From Candidatus Eiseniibacteriota bacterium (GTDB lineage: Bacteria; Eisenbacteria; RBG-16-71-46): 64,000 nucleotides of DNA. The translations under genes and the position numbers were made by a program. Below are positions 19,676 through 29,310 of the stretch, in pieces (within the stretch, counting starts at the first letter, position 1; each line of letters begins with the position of its first letter). A model generated the notes under the pieces. It was not told where the DNA came from. It ran no database searches and was given only the letters and a program-made list of their open reading frames with translations. The DNA lies in the NCBI GenBank assembly GCA_963707915.1, contig OY970178.1:1024001-1088000 (forward strand), written 5' to 3'.

Positions 19676-21042
19676 TGCCCGGCCACCGTCCCGGTCACTC
19701 CCGCGCGCGCCAGCGGCTCCATGAACACCGCGCGGATCTCCTCGAGCCGCTCGGGACTGCGGGCCTCGAAGCGCACCACCAGCACCGGCTGGGTGTTCGA
19801 GGCACGCACCAGGCCCCAGCCGTCGCCGAACTCGACGCGGGCGCCGTCGATGTCGATCACGCGGTAGCGTCCGGCGAACTCCCGCTTGAGCTCCTCCACC
19901 ACGGCGAACTTGCGCTCCTCCGGACAGGCGAGCCGGATCTCCGGCGTCGAGAAGTAGTGCGGGATCGAGTCCACCAGCTCGACGAACGACTTCCCGGTGG
20001 CAGCGACGTAGCGCAGCAGGCGCCCCGCGGCGAAGAGCGCGTCGTCGAAGCCGAAGTAGCCCTCGCTGAAGAACATGTGCCCGGACATCTCGCCCGCCAG
20101 CGGCGCCCCGGTCTCGGCCAGGCGGCTCTTGAGCAGCGAGTGGCCGGTCTTCCACATCTCGGGCTGGCCGCCGTGCGCCTCGATGTCCTCCTTCAGGCCC
20201 TGGCTGCACTTGACGTCGAAGATGATCCGGGCGCCGGGCACGCGGGTCAGCACGTCACGCGCCAGCAGCGCCAGGAGCTGGTCGCCCCAGACGATGCGCC
20301 CGTTCGCGTCCACCGCGCCGATCCGGTCGGCGTCGCCGTCGAAGCCGATGCCGAAGTCCGCGCCGCGCCGCTTCACCTCGGCCTGCAGCGCGACGAGCAG
20401 CGCCGGCACCGTGGGGTCGGGCAGGTGGTTCGGGAAGGCGCCGTCCAGCTCGGCGAACAGCGGGAACACCCGGTGCCCCATGCGCTCGAAGGTCTCCGGC
20501 ACGACCGTCCCCGCGCAACCGTTGCCGCAGTCCATCACGACCGTGAGGCCCTTCGGGCTGCGCAGCCGCTCGACCAGCATGGCCCGGTACTCGTCGAGCA
20601 CCGGGCGGTCGGCGGCGAAGCCGGTCCCGCGCTCGAGGTCGCCGCGCTCGATCAGCGCGCGCATCTCCTGGATCTCGGCCCCGTAGAGCGGGAGCCTGCC
20701 CTTGGTCATCTTGAAGCCGTTGAACTCGGGCGGGTTGTGGCTGCCGGTGATCTGCATGCCGCCGTCCAGCGAGCGGGACGCCACCGCGTAGTAGAGCGCC
20801 GGGGTCGGCACGACCCCGACCCGTTCGACCTCGAGCCCGCACGCGACCATGCCGCGCTCGGCGCCGGCGGCCAGCCGCACGCTGCTCGGCCGCACGTCCC
20901 ATCCCAGGGCGACGCGCCGGCCTCCCGCGCGCCGGGTCAGCGTGCCGAAGGCGCGGCCGACCGCCTCGGCGGCCTCGTCGGTGAGCTCGGTCTCGTGCAG
21001 GCCGCGGATGTCGTACTCGCGGAAGATGTGCGCGGGGATCAT
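19672..21042 (-). CDS. Phosphomannomutase/phosphoglucomutase (AlgC-like)
   Basis: IFREYDIRG, ITGSHNP, FDGDADR, GEMSGH, RASNTQP. Confidence 0.95.
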   Translation of the reverse strand: MIPAHIFREYDIRGLHETELTDEAAEAVGRAFGTLTRRAGGRRVALGWDVRPSSVRLAAGAERGMVACGLEVERVGVVPTPALYYAVASRSLDGGMQITGSHNPPEFNGFKMTKGRLPLYGAEIQEMRALIERGDLERGTGFAADRPVLDEYRAMLVERLRSPKGLTVVMDCGNGCAGTVVPETFERMGHRVFPLFAELDGAFPNHLPDPTVPALLVALQAEVKRRGADFGIGFDGDADRIGAVDANGRIVWGDQLLALLARDVLTRVPGARIIFDVKCSQGLKEDIEAHGGQPEMWKTGHSLLKSRLAETGAPLAGEMSGHMFFSEGYFGFDDALFAAGRLLRYVAATGKSFVELVDSIPHYFSTPEIRLACPEERKFAVVEELKREFAGRYRVIDIDGARVEFGDGWGLVRASNTQPVLVVRFEARSPERLEEIRAVFMEPLARAGVTGTVAGH

Positions 21043-22141
21043 CTAGGGGTCCTTCCTCTTGAGGTAGGCGTCGATGAAGGGATCCAGATCGCCGTCGAGC
21101 ACCGCGTGCACGTCCCCGATCTTCAGCTCGGTGCGGTGATCGTTCACCATGGTGTAGGGCTGCAACACGTAGGAGCGGATCTGGCTCCCGAAGTCGATCT
21201 CCTTCTTGCCCGCCGAGAGCACCGCCGTCTTCTGGCGCTCCTGCTCGCGGTAGTACACGAAGAGCCGCGTGCGCAGCATGCGCATGGCGAACTCGCGGTT
21301 GCGGTGCTGGCTGCGCTCGGCCTGCGACTGGGTCACGACCCCGGTCGGCAGGTGGGTGATGCGCACCGCGGACTCGGTCTTGTTCACGTGCTGGCCGCCC
21401 GCCCCGCTGGCGCGGAAGGTGTCCACCCGCAGGTCGCCGGGCTGGATGTCGACGGTGATGGTGTCGTCCACCATCGGGTAGACGAAGACCGAGGCGAACG
21501 AGGTGTGGCGCCGCTGGGCCGCGTCGAACGGCGAGATGCGCACCAGCCGGTGCACGCCGCTCTCGCCCTTGAGGTAGCCGTAGGCGAGTTCCCCGGTGAT
21601 CTCGACCGAGGCGTCCTTGAGGCCGGCCTCGTCCCCGGGTTGCAGGTCGAGGATGCTGGTCGCGAAACCGCGGCGCTCGGCCCAGCGCATGTACATGCGG
21701 AAGAGCATCTCGGCCCAGTCCTGCGACTCGGTGCCGCCGGCGCCGGGATGGATGGAGACCAGCGCGCCGAGCCGGTCGTACTCCCCCGACATCAGGCTGC
21801 GGGTCTGCAGCTCGGCGATGAGCTTCGCCAGCTTGACGGCCTCGCCGTCGACTTCGGCGAGCAGGGCCGCATCGGTCTCGCCCAACTCGAGCAGTTCCTC
21901 CAGGTGCCTCAGCTCGTGGTCGGGCCGGCTCCACTCCTCGACGGTGCGCTTGGCCTGCTTGAGGGCGACCACCGTCTTCTGCGCGACCTCGGGCCGGTCC
22001 CAGAAACCGGGCTCGGCCATGCGCGCTTCCGACTCGCTCACCTCGCGCGCGCGCGCCTCGACGTCAAAGGTACCTCCGCAGGTCCTGCAGCGTGGCACGC
22101 GCCTGCTGGAGGCGGCTGCGTACTTCGGCGACGGTCAGCAT
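21043..22141 (-). CDS. prfB: Peptide chain release factor 2 with programmed +1 frameshift
   Basis: ATG 22141 reads MLTVAEVRSRLQQARATLQDLRRYL then TGA; CTT-TGA-C site with internal GGAGG; the +1 frame continues DVEAR... and contains the SPF and GGQ motifs. Confidence 0.96.
22063..22077 (-). other. RF2 programmed frameshift cassette (internal SD plus CTT TGA C)
   Basis: Minus strand CGGAGGTACCTTTGAC. Confidence 0.93.
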
Positions 22142-22144
22142 GGT

Positions 22145-22798
22145 CTATCCCCTCTCCTCCGGGCCGGCCCGCAGGGCGGCGACCGCCGCCCGCGCCGACC
22201 GCGCCAGTTCCTCGATGCTCCCCGAGTTGTCGAGCGTCACGTCCGCCGCGGCGCCGAACGTCTCGTCGGTCCGCTGCGCCAGGAGCCGGCTCCGTGCCTC
22301 CGCCTCCGTCCAGCCGCGGCTGCGCACCAGCCGCCGCACCTGCTCCGCGTGCGGCGCGGTGACGGCGATCACCGCGTCGCAGGCGCGCTCCAGTCCCCAC
22401 TCCAGCAACAACGCCGCGTCCAGCACCACCACGCCGTGCACACCGCGCTCGCGCAGTCCCTTCAGCCGGTCCTCGAGGCGCGCGACGAGCCGCGGGTGGA
22501 CCAGCCGGTCCAGGCGGGCCCGCGCCGCCGGGTCGCGGAACACGCGGGCCGCGACCCGTCCCCGGTCGAGCCGGCCGTCCGGCCCGTACACGTCGTCCCC
22601 GTATTCGCCGGCCAGCGCGGACCGCACCTCGGGGTCCTGGTCGGTGACCTCGTGGCCCACGAGGTCGGCCTCGATCACGGTCGCTCCGTCCGCCGCCAGG
22701 GCGCCGGCCACCGCGCTCTTGCCGCTCCCCGCGCGGCCGACCACGCCGACGATGAACAGCCCGTCGCCCGCAGGCGCGCGGCGCGCCCTAGTGGACAT
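22145..22798 (-). CDS. coaE: Dephospho-CoA kinase
   Basis: GVVGRAGSGKS P-loop, LDRGRVAARVF, LVHP, DAALLLE; follows polA. Confidence 0.92.
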   Translation of the reverse strand: MSTRARRAPAGDGLFIVGVVGRAGSGKSAVAGALAADGATVIEADLVGHEVTDQDPEVRSALAGEYGDDVYGPDGRLDRGRVAARVFRDPAARARLDRLVHPRLVARLEDRLKGLRERGVHGVVVLDAALLLEWGLERACDAVIAVTAPHAEQVRRLVRSRGWTEAEARSRLLAQRTDETFGAAADVTLDNSGSIEELARSARAAVAALRAGPEERG

Positions 22799-25748
22799 CG
22801 AACCAGGTCCGGCCGACGCCCACCGACACCTCGAGCGGGACCCGCAGCGGTTCGTCCAGCAGGTCCTGGAGCAGCGGGACGTCCTGCATCCCGGCGCGGG
22901 CCGATGCCGCCACGGCCGCCGCGTCCCCGGCCGGGCACTCGATCAGCAGCTCGTCGTGCACCTGGAGCAGCAATCTAGCGGAGGGCCCGAAGCGCTTCAA
23001 GGCGCTCCCCACCCCGATCATCGCGACCTTCATCAGGTCGGCCGCCGAGCCCTGGATCGGAGTATTGATCGCGGCGCGCTCGGCCAGCGAGCGCAGGCCG
23101 CCGTTGGCGCTGCCGAGGTCGGGCAGGTAGCGCCGCCGGCCCATGATCGTCTGCACCCAGCCGCGCGAGCGCGCCTGCTCGACCGTGGCGTCGAGGAACT
23201 CGCGCACGCCGGTGTAGACCGTGAAGTAGTCGCGGATGAATTCCTCGGCCTCGGCCAGGCCGATGCCCATCTGCTGGGCGAGGCTGCGGGCCCCCATGCC
23301 GTACATGACGCCGAAGTTCACGATCTTGGCGCGCGCCCGCAGCGCCGGGTCGAGCTCGCCCTCCTTCACGCCGAAGATGCGGCGCGCGGTGGCGGCGTGC
23401 ACGTCCGTGCCGCCCTGGAACGCCTCGGTCAGCGCCGGGTCGCGCGAGAGGTGCGCCATCAGCCGCAGCTCGATCTGCGAGTAGTCCGCACCCACCAGCA
23501 GGCAACCCTCGGGCGCGACGAAGGCACGCCGGATGGCGCGGCCCTGGGGCGTGCGCATCGGGATGTTCTGCAGGTTGGGGTCGCTCGAGGACAGCCGCCC
23601 GGTGGCCGCCACCGCCTGGTGGAAGGTCGTGTGCACGCGGCCATCCGCGGCGTCGGCCACTGCGGGCAACGCGTCGAGGTAGGTGGACTTGAGCTTGGCG
23701 AGCGCCCGGTACTCGAGCAGGAGCTTCGGGAACGGGTGCTCCGCCGCCAGCTCTTCGAGCACGCCCTGGTCGGTCGAGAATCCGGTCTTGGTGCGCCGGC
23801 CGGTCTTGAGCCCGAGCTTCTCGAACAGCACGCGCGCGACCTGCGGACCGCTGTTGAGGTTGAAGCGCTCGTCGGCCAGCACGTAGAGCGCCTCCTCGAG
23901 CCGGGCGATGTCCTCGGCCGCGCGGCCCGACATCTCGGCCAGCACCGCGCAGTCGAGCGCGATCCCCGCGCGCTCCATCTCGAGCAGCACCCGGACGAGC
24001 GGATGCTCGACCCGGGTGTAGAGGGCGTCCTGCCCGCGCGCGTCGAGCTGGGCGCGGAGCGCCGCCTCCAGCCGCCACAGCGCGGCCGCCGCCGGCGCGG
24101 CAAACGCCCGCGCGGCCGCCGGCGCGAGCGCCGCGTACGACGGCTGCGGCCGGCCGCGCGGGGTACCCGCGCGGTCGGCGCCCGCCGGCGCGGCCTCGGG
24201 CAGGATCTCGCCGAGGAAGTCGCGCGCCAGCGCGGCCAGCGCTTGGTCCCGGTCCGGGTCGCAGAGGAACGAGCCGAGGTGGACGTCGAAGGACCGGCAC
24301 CGGACGTCGAACGGCTCGATCCTCAGACCCGCGGCCTCGAGCACGTGGCCGTCGGCCTTGAGGTCGTGGCCCACCTTGGGCAGCGTGGGGTCCGCCAGCG
24401 CCGGAGCGAGCCACTCGCGCACCTTCGCGAGCGGCAGGTTGGGGCCCGGGTCGTGGCCCAGCGGGACGTAGCAGGCGGTCCCGTCACGCGCCGCCAGCGC
24501 CAGCCCCACCAGCCGCGCGGTGCGCGGGTCCGCGCCGTCGGTGAGCGGCAGCAGCGCCAGGCCGTGCAGGGAGCGAGCCCGCACCTCGTGCAGCTCCTGC
24601 GTCCAGGCCTCGAGCAGCGCGGCCTCGCCCTCCTCGTCGGCCGTCCCGGCCGCGCCCCACAGGTCGAGCGTGGCCTGGCCGCCGGGGGCCGGCGAAGGCC
24701 CGGACCGCGGCGCGCCCCGGGCCGGCGGGGCCGCGGGCGGGACCTGCACCAGCGGCGGGGCCGCGGACGACGGCGCGCGCGGCATCGCCAGCGTCACCCC
24801 CTCGGCCGGCGTCTCGCTCACCGTGCCGCGGCGCCCCGCCGGCCGGGCCGGCGAGAGCGCGCCCGCGTCGGCGTCCGCCACGCCCAGGCTCTGCGCCACC
24901 GCCTCGAGCCGGCGCACCTCGTGGCGCCGGGCGAATTCGAGCAGCGCGTCACGCCGGATCGGGCCGCAGCGCAGCTCCTCCCAGGAGTACGGCAGGTCGA
25001 GGTCCGCGCGCACCGTCGCCAGCTCGCGCGACAGGAACGCCAGCTCCCGGTTCGCCTCCAGCTTCGCCCGGAGCGCCGGCTTCGTCACCTCGTCGAGCCG
25101 GGCGTAGAGCGCGTCGAGCGAGCCGAAGCGGCGCATCAGCTCCTTCGCGGTCTTCTCCCCCACGCCCGGCACACCGGGGATGTTGTCGCTGGAGTCGCCC
25201 ATCAGCGCGAGCATGTCGCGGATGTGCTCGGGCCCCACGTCCCACTTCGCGCGCACCGCGTCGGCGTCCATCCACTCGTAGGCCTCGCGCGCCTGCGGCA
25301 CCAGCACGCGCACCGGCCCGCCCACCACCTGGAGCATGTCCTTGTCGCCGGTGACCAGCACGACCTCGAGCCCTTCGCGCGCGCCGCGCGCGGCCAGCGT
25401 GGCCATGACGTCGTCGGCCTCCATGCCCGGGATCTCGAGCACCGGCAGACCCAGCGCCTGCGCCAGGGTCTCGATCGGCTCGAGCTGGGCGAGCAGGTCA
25501 TCGGGCGTGGGCTTGCGCTGCGCCTTGTAGGCGGGGAAGCGCAGGTGACGCCAGGTCGGGCCCGGCCCGTCCCAGGCCAGCGCCCAGTGCTCGGGCTTCT
25601 CGTCGCGCCGGATCTTCAGCACCGTGTTGGCGAAGCCGAAGATCGCCGAGGTGTTCTCGCCCCGCGAGTTGACCAGCGGCCGCGCGATGAAGGCGTAGAA
25701 GGCCCGGTAGGCGAGCCCCATCGCGTCGAGCACGAACAGGCGGGGCAC
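22788..25748 (-). CDS. polA: DNA polymerase I
   Basis: 5'-3' exonuclease (LDAMGLAYRAFYA, EADDV, GDSSDNIPGVPGVGEKTA); polymerase motifs TGRLSSSDPNLQNIP, DYSQIELR, AKIVNFGVMYG, QVHDEL. Confidence 0.97.
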   Translation of the reverse strand: MPRLFVLDAMGLAYRAFYAFIARPLVNSRGENTSAIFGFANTVLKIRRDEKPEHWALAWDGPGPTWRHLRFPAYKAQRKPTPDDLLAQLEPIETLAQALGLPVLEIPGMEADDVMATLAARGAREGLEVVLVTGDKDMLQVVGGPVRVLVPQAREAYEWMDADAVRAKWDVGPEHIRDMLALMGDSSDNIPGVPGVGEKTAKELMRRFGSLDALYARLDEVTKPALRAKLEANRELAFLSRELATVRADLDLPYSWEELRCGPIRRDALLEFARRHEVRRLEAVAQSLGVADADAGALSPARPAGRRGTVSETPAEGVTLAMPRAPSSAAPPLVQVPPAAPPARGAPRSGPSPAPGGQATLDLWGAAGTADEEGEAALLEAWTQELHEVRARSLHGLALLPLTDGADPRTARLVGLALAARDGTACYVPLGHDPGPNLPLAKVREWLAPALADPTLPKVGHDLKADGHVLEAAGLRIEPFDVRCRSFDVHLGSFLCDPDRDQALAALARDFLGEILPEAAPAGADRAGTPRGRPQPSYAALAPAAARAFAAPAAAALWRLEAALRAQLDARGQDALYTRVEHPLVRVLLEMERAGIALDCAVLAEMSGRAAEDIARLEEALYVLADERFNLNSGPQVARVLFEKLGLKTGRRTKTGFSTDQGVLEELAAEHPFPKLLLEYRALAKLKSTYLDALPAVADAADGRVHTTFHQAVAATGRLSSSDPNLQNIPMRTPQGRAIRRAFVAPEGCLLVGADYSQIELRLMAHLSRDPALTEAFQGGTDVHAATARRIFGVKEGELDPALRARAKIVNFGVMYGMGARSLAQQMGIGLAEAEEFIRDYFTVYTGVREFLDATVEQARSRGWVQTIMGRRRYLPDLGSANGGLRSLAERAAINTPIQGSAADLMKVAMIGVGSALKRFGPSARLLLQVHDELLIECPAGDAAAVAASARAGMQDVPLLQDLLDEPLRVPLEVSVGVGRTWFDVH

Positions 25749-25777
25749 GGGCTACTCCGCGGGGCGCCGGCCACCCG

Positions 25778-26386
25778 TCACGCGCCCCTCCCGTACAGCC
25801 CGCGGCGGGCGATGTGGGCGGCGACCGCGTCCGGCACGAGGTAGCGCAGCGAGCGGCCGGCACGCGCGCGGGCCCGCAGGGCGCTCGAGGAGAACGCCAC
25901 CGGCGGGTTGTCGAGCAGCACGACGCGCCCGCGCGCAGCGGCCGGGACTCGCAGCCGGCCGCGGGCCGCCGCGCCCGGGCCCGGCAGCCGCGCCGCCACC
26001 ACCAGCGTGGCGAGCCGGGCGATCTCGCCGGGCTCGTGCCAGCCGGGGAAGTCCGCGAGACTGTCCGCCCCCATCAGCAGGTAGAAGCGCGCACCCGGCT
26101 GGCGGGCGCGGAGGTGCCGCAGCGTGTCCACGGTGAACGACGGGCCCGCGCGGCGCGCCTCGAGGCCCGAGACCGCGAAGGCCGGGTTGCCCCGCACCGC
26201 AAGGCGGGTCATGGCGAGCCGGTCGGCGGCGTCCGTGAGCCGGCGGCCGAGCTTGTGGGGCGGCGCGCCCGCCGGCATGAACACCACGCGGTCGAGCCGC
26301 AGCGCGGTGCGCGCCCACTCGGCCAGCACCAGGTGCCCGACATGGGGCGGGTCGAACGTGCCGCCGAACAGGCCGATGCGGCGCAT
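25778..26386 (-). CDS. nadD: Nicotinate-nucleotide adenylyltransferase
   Basis: GLFGGTFDPPHVGH, PPHK, SFTVDTL, LMGADS, SSSALR. Confidence 0.95.
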   Translation of the reverse strand: MRRIGLFGGTFDPPHVGHLVLAEWARTALRLDRVVFMPAGAPPHKLGRRLTDAADRLAMTRLAVRGNPAFAVSGLEARRAGPSFTVDTLRHLRARQPGARFYLLMGADSLADFPGWHEPGEIARLATLVVAARLPGPGAAARGRLRVPAAARGRVVLLDNPPVAFSSSALRARARAGRSLRYLVPDAVAAHIARRGLYGRGA

Positions 26387-26390
26387 GGCG

Positions 26391-27188
26391 CTACTTCGTC
26401 TTCGGCGGGTGCCGCTCGAGGCGCGCGAGTTCCTTCGCGGCGATCCGGGCCAGGGGCTTGTCCGCGCCGCTCTTCAGGATGTCGCGCAGCACGGCCATCG
26501 CCTCGTCGCGCTTGCCCGCCATCGCGTCGGCCAGGCCGAGACCCAGGTGCGCGTCCGGCGCGATCGACGTGTCCGGGTACTCGTCGATCACGCGGCGGAA
26601 GTAGACGCGGGCCGGGCCGGCGCGCCGCAGCTTCAGGTAGAGGACGCCCGAGCGGTTGAGCTTGTCCGCCAGCCGCTCGCGCGCGGCCAGGCGGCGCGTC
26701 GTGGCCTCGGCGTTCAGCCAGTGCCCGGGGTAGGCGCGCAGGTAGCTCTCCCACTGGTCGACGGCCTTCTGCGTGTATTCCTGGTCGAAGGCCGCGCCGC
26801 GGGACTGCCCCCAGAGCGCCTCGCCCAGGTGGAACGAGGCGGCGGCCGCGGAATCGCTCTCGGGGTAGTCGCGCAGGACCCGCTCGAACTGGCCCTGCGC
26901 CTCGGCCCACTCCTTGATGCGCAGGTTCGCCTCGCCCAGCAACTCGATGGCCTGGTCCACGTCGGCACCGCCCGCGTTGTTCGCGACGTAGCTCTTTAGC
27001 AGCTCGAGCGCGACGTTGTACTCGCGCAGCTGGAGCGCGCGCCGCCCCTGGGCCAGGCGCTCCGGCTCGGAATGGATGGCGGGGATGCTGCTCGCCCCGC
27101 ACCCGGACAGCGATCCGGCGAGCAGGCCGAGCGCGAGCGGGAGCAGCACCCGGCGCACCCTGCGGGACCTCGTCACGGCGGGCCTCAC
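26391..27188 (-). CDS. bamD: Outer-membrane protein assembly lipoprotein BamD (TPR)
   Basis: Lipobox LSGC, TPR helices, FDQEYTQKA..W..YL..YP, RERLADK...YLK; next to nadD. Start GTG 27188 (overlaps upstream stop) or GTG 27176. Confidence 0.85.
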   Translation of the reverse strand: MRPAVTRSRRVRRVLLPLALGLLAGSLSGCGASSIPAIHSEPERLAQGRRALQLREYNVALELLKSYVANNAGGADVDQAIELLGEANLRIKEWAEAQGQFERVLRDYPESDSAAAASFHLGEALWGQSRGAAFDQEYTQKAVDQWESYLRAYPGHWLNAEATTRRLAARERLADKLNRSGVLYLKLRRAGPARVYFRRVIDEYPDTSIAPDAHLGLGLADAMAGKRDEAMAVLRDILKSGADKPLARIAAKELARLERHPPKTK

Positions 27189-27934
27189 GGTCGGTTCTGG
27201 AAGAAGAGCGCCGCCAGGCCGCCGACCACGGCGATCACGACCAGCGGCTCGAAGACCTTGCCCACGTTCCGGGTCGGCACCGGGCTCTTGAGATCGCTGT
27301 GCCGCTCGTCCTCGACCAGGCTGACCCGGTCGGCCCGGAAGGCGTCCAGCAGATTGTACGAGGCGCTCGACGACCACAGCACGTTGGCGCTGCGCGGATC
27401 TCGCAGCGTGAGCGCGCCCTCGACCAGGGACTGCCGCTCGATCTTCACGCGCCCCGAGAAGGGCAGCCAGCCCACCAGCCTCAGGTAGGTCACCCGCGCG
27501 GTGGCGAGCTGGTACTCGAGCAGCGGGTCGCCGGTCGGCGAATAGGTCGACAGGCTGTCGTCCGCCAGGATGCTGCGCCGCACGGTGGCCGTCACGCCGC
27601 GCCGGGCCAGCTCGCGCAGCACGGCCTGCTCGACGACGAAGTTGAGCGGGTGGCTCTCGGCCGGCGCCAGCACCACGTGGGCGCCCGTGTCGATCGGGGC
27701 CGATTGCAGCGCGCGCGAGAAGGCGGTGTTGGCGACCAGCGTCAGGACCTGCAGGTTGGTCGCCGGCACGCGGGGCCCGCGGGGCCGCACGATGGGATTG
27801 ACCTCGGCCAGGGTGGTCGAGAAGGTCGTGTCGATGCCCGGCTTGGGCCCGGCGGCGTACTTGAACTTCTTCGCCTCCGCGGGGGAGCCGAACACCAACA
27901 GGCCGACCAGGGCGGCCGCGAGTCCTGCACGCAT
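27185..27934 (-). CDS. Exported hypothetical protein with C-terminal TM anchor
   Basis: N-terminal signal (AEA-K), C-terminal FEPLVVIAVVGGLAALFFQNRP; overlaps rimO stop and bamD start. Confidence 0.7.
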   Translation of the reverse strand: MRAGLAAALVGLLVFGSPAEAKKFKYAAGPKPGIDTTFSTTLAEVNPIVRPRGPRVPATNLQVLTLVANTAFSRALQSAPIDTGAHVVLAPAESHPLNFVVEQAVLRELARRGVTATVRRSILADDSLSTYSPTGDPLLEYQLATARVTYLRLVGWLPFSGRVKIERQSLVEGALTLRDPRSANVLWSSSASYNLLDAFRADRVSLVEDERHSDLKSPVPTRNVGKVFEPLVVIAVVGGLAALFFQNRP

Positions 27935-29310
27935 CAGGCGGATCCTTTCACGAGTTGTACGAAGGGCCCGGAGGCGTCGGCCCGCGCGAACAGGTCGTAC
28001 GCCGCCGCTCCCGTCACGCGGACCTCGGCGAGGGTCCCGGGCACCAGCCCGTCGCCTTCTACCACCACGCCGCCGTCCACTTCAAACGCCGAACCCGAGG
28101 TCCTGCCAGCATACTGATTGCGACCGGCCGGGCCGTCAATCATGACCGTGAGCCGCTCCCCCACCCGGCCGGCGTTGCGGCTCCGAGCCAGTCCCTGCTG
28201 CAGCTCGAGCAGCCGAGCCCGCCGGGCCCGCCGCACCGTGAGCGGCACGCGCGGAGTCATGTCCCAGGCCGCCGTGCCCGGCTCGCGCTCGTAGGGGAAG
28301 ACCACGAGGTGCTCGAAGGGCTCTTCCTGGACGTACCGGCACAGCTCCTCGAACTGCTCGTCGGTCTCGCCCGGGAATCCCACGATGAACGTGGTGCGCA
28401 GGGTGACGCCGGGGATGCCCTCCCGGATGCGCCGGACCAGCGCCCGGGAGGCCGGGCCGGTGATGCCCCGGGCCATCGCACGCAGCTGTCCGGTGGCGAT
28501 GTGCTGGAGCGGCAGGTCCACGTACGGCACGACGCGCGCAGCCCTCGCCCAGGTCTCGATGAGCCGGTCGGTCCAGCGCCGCGGGTAGGTGTACTGCACC
28601 CGGATCCAGCTGAGGCCCGCGACCTGGTCGAGCGCCTCGAGCAGGTCGGCGAGCGCCGGCTGGCCGGGCAGGTCGGCGCCGTAGGCCGTGGTGTCCTGCC
28701 CGATCACGTTGAGCTCGCGCACCCCGCCGGCGGCGAGGCGGGCGGCCTCGGCCACCAGGTCCTCGAGCGTGCGGCTGCGCTGCGGCCCGCGCAGCTGCGG
28801 GATCACGCAGAAGGTGCAGCGCTGGTCGCAGCCCTCGGAGATCTTGAGGTAGGCGATGTGCCGCGGCGTCGAGAGTGGCCGCGGCCCGAGCGGCTCGAGC
28901 GCGCCGCCGGGACGCTCGACCAGCACCGGCCGCTGGTCCCCGCCGTCCAGCAGGTGCGACGCGACGCGGGCCACCTCGCTCCACTGCCCGGTCCCCAGCA
29001 CCGCGTCCACCCCGGGGAACTCCTCCAGCAGCGCGGCTCCGGCGCGCTGGGCGAGGCAGCCGGCGACGATGACGCGACGCAGCCGGCCCCGGCCGCGGGC
29101 GGCGACGACCTCCTCGATGGCGGCCTTCGACTCGCGCACCGCGCTCTGCAGGAAGCCGCAGGTGTTGATCACCACGACGTCCGCCTCGGCCGGATCGGCC
29201 ACGGTGCGGAACCCGGCCTGCACCAGCAGCCCGATCATGTGCTCGGAGTCGACCGTGTTCTTGGGACAGCCGAGCGTGACGAAGGCCAGCGTGCGCGGGG
29301 CCGCCGTCAC
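27934..29310 (-). CDS. rimO: Ribosomal protein S12 methylthiotransferase RimO
   Basis: TLGCPKNTVDSE, INTCGFL, YLKISEGCDQRCTFC radical-SAM motif, C-terminal TRAM domain. Confidence 0.94.
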   Translation of the reverse strand: MTAAPRTLAFVTLGCPKNTVDSEHMIGLLVQAGFRTVADPAEADVVVINTCGFLQSAVRESKAAIEEVVAARGRGRLRRVIVAGCLAQRAGAALLEEFPGVDAVLGTGQWSEVARVASHLLDGGDQRPVLVERPGGALEPLGPRPLSTPRHIAYLKISEGCDQRCTFCVIPQLRGPQRSRTLEDLVAEAARLAAGGVRELNVIGQDTTAYGADLPGQPALADLLEALDQVAGLSWIRVQYTYPRRWTDRLIETWARAARVVPYVDLPLQHIATGQLRAMARGITGPASRALVRRIREGIPGVTLRTTFIVGFPGETDEQFEELCRYVQEEPFEHLVVFPYEREPGTAAWDMTPRVPLTVRRARRARLLELQQGLARSRNAGRVGERLTVMIDGPAGRNQYAGRTSGSAFEVDGGVVVEGDGLVPGTLAEVRVTGAAAYDLFARADASGPFVQLVKGSA

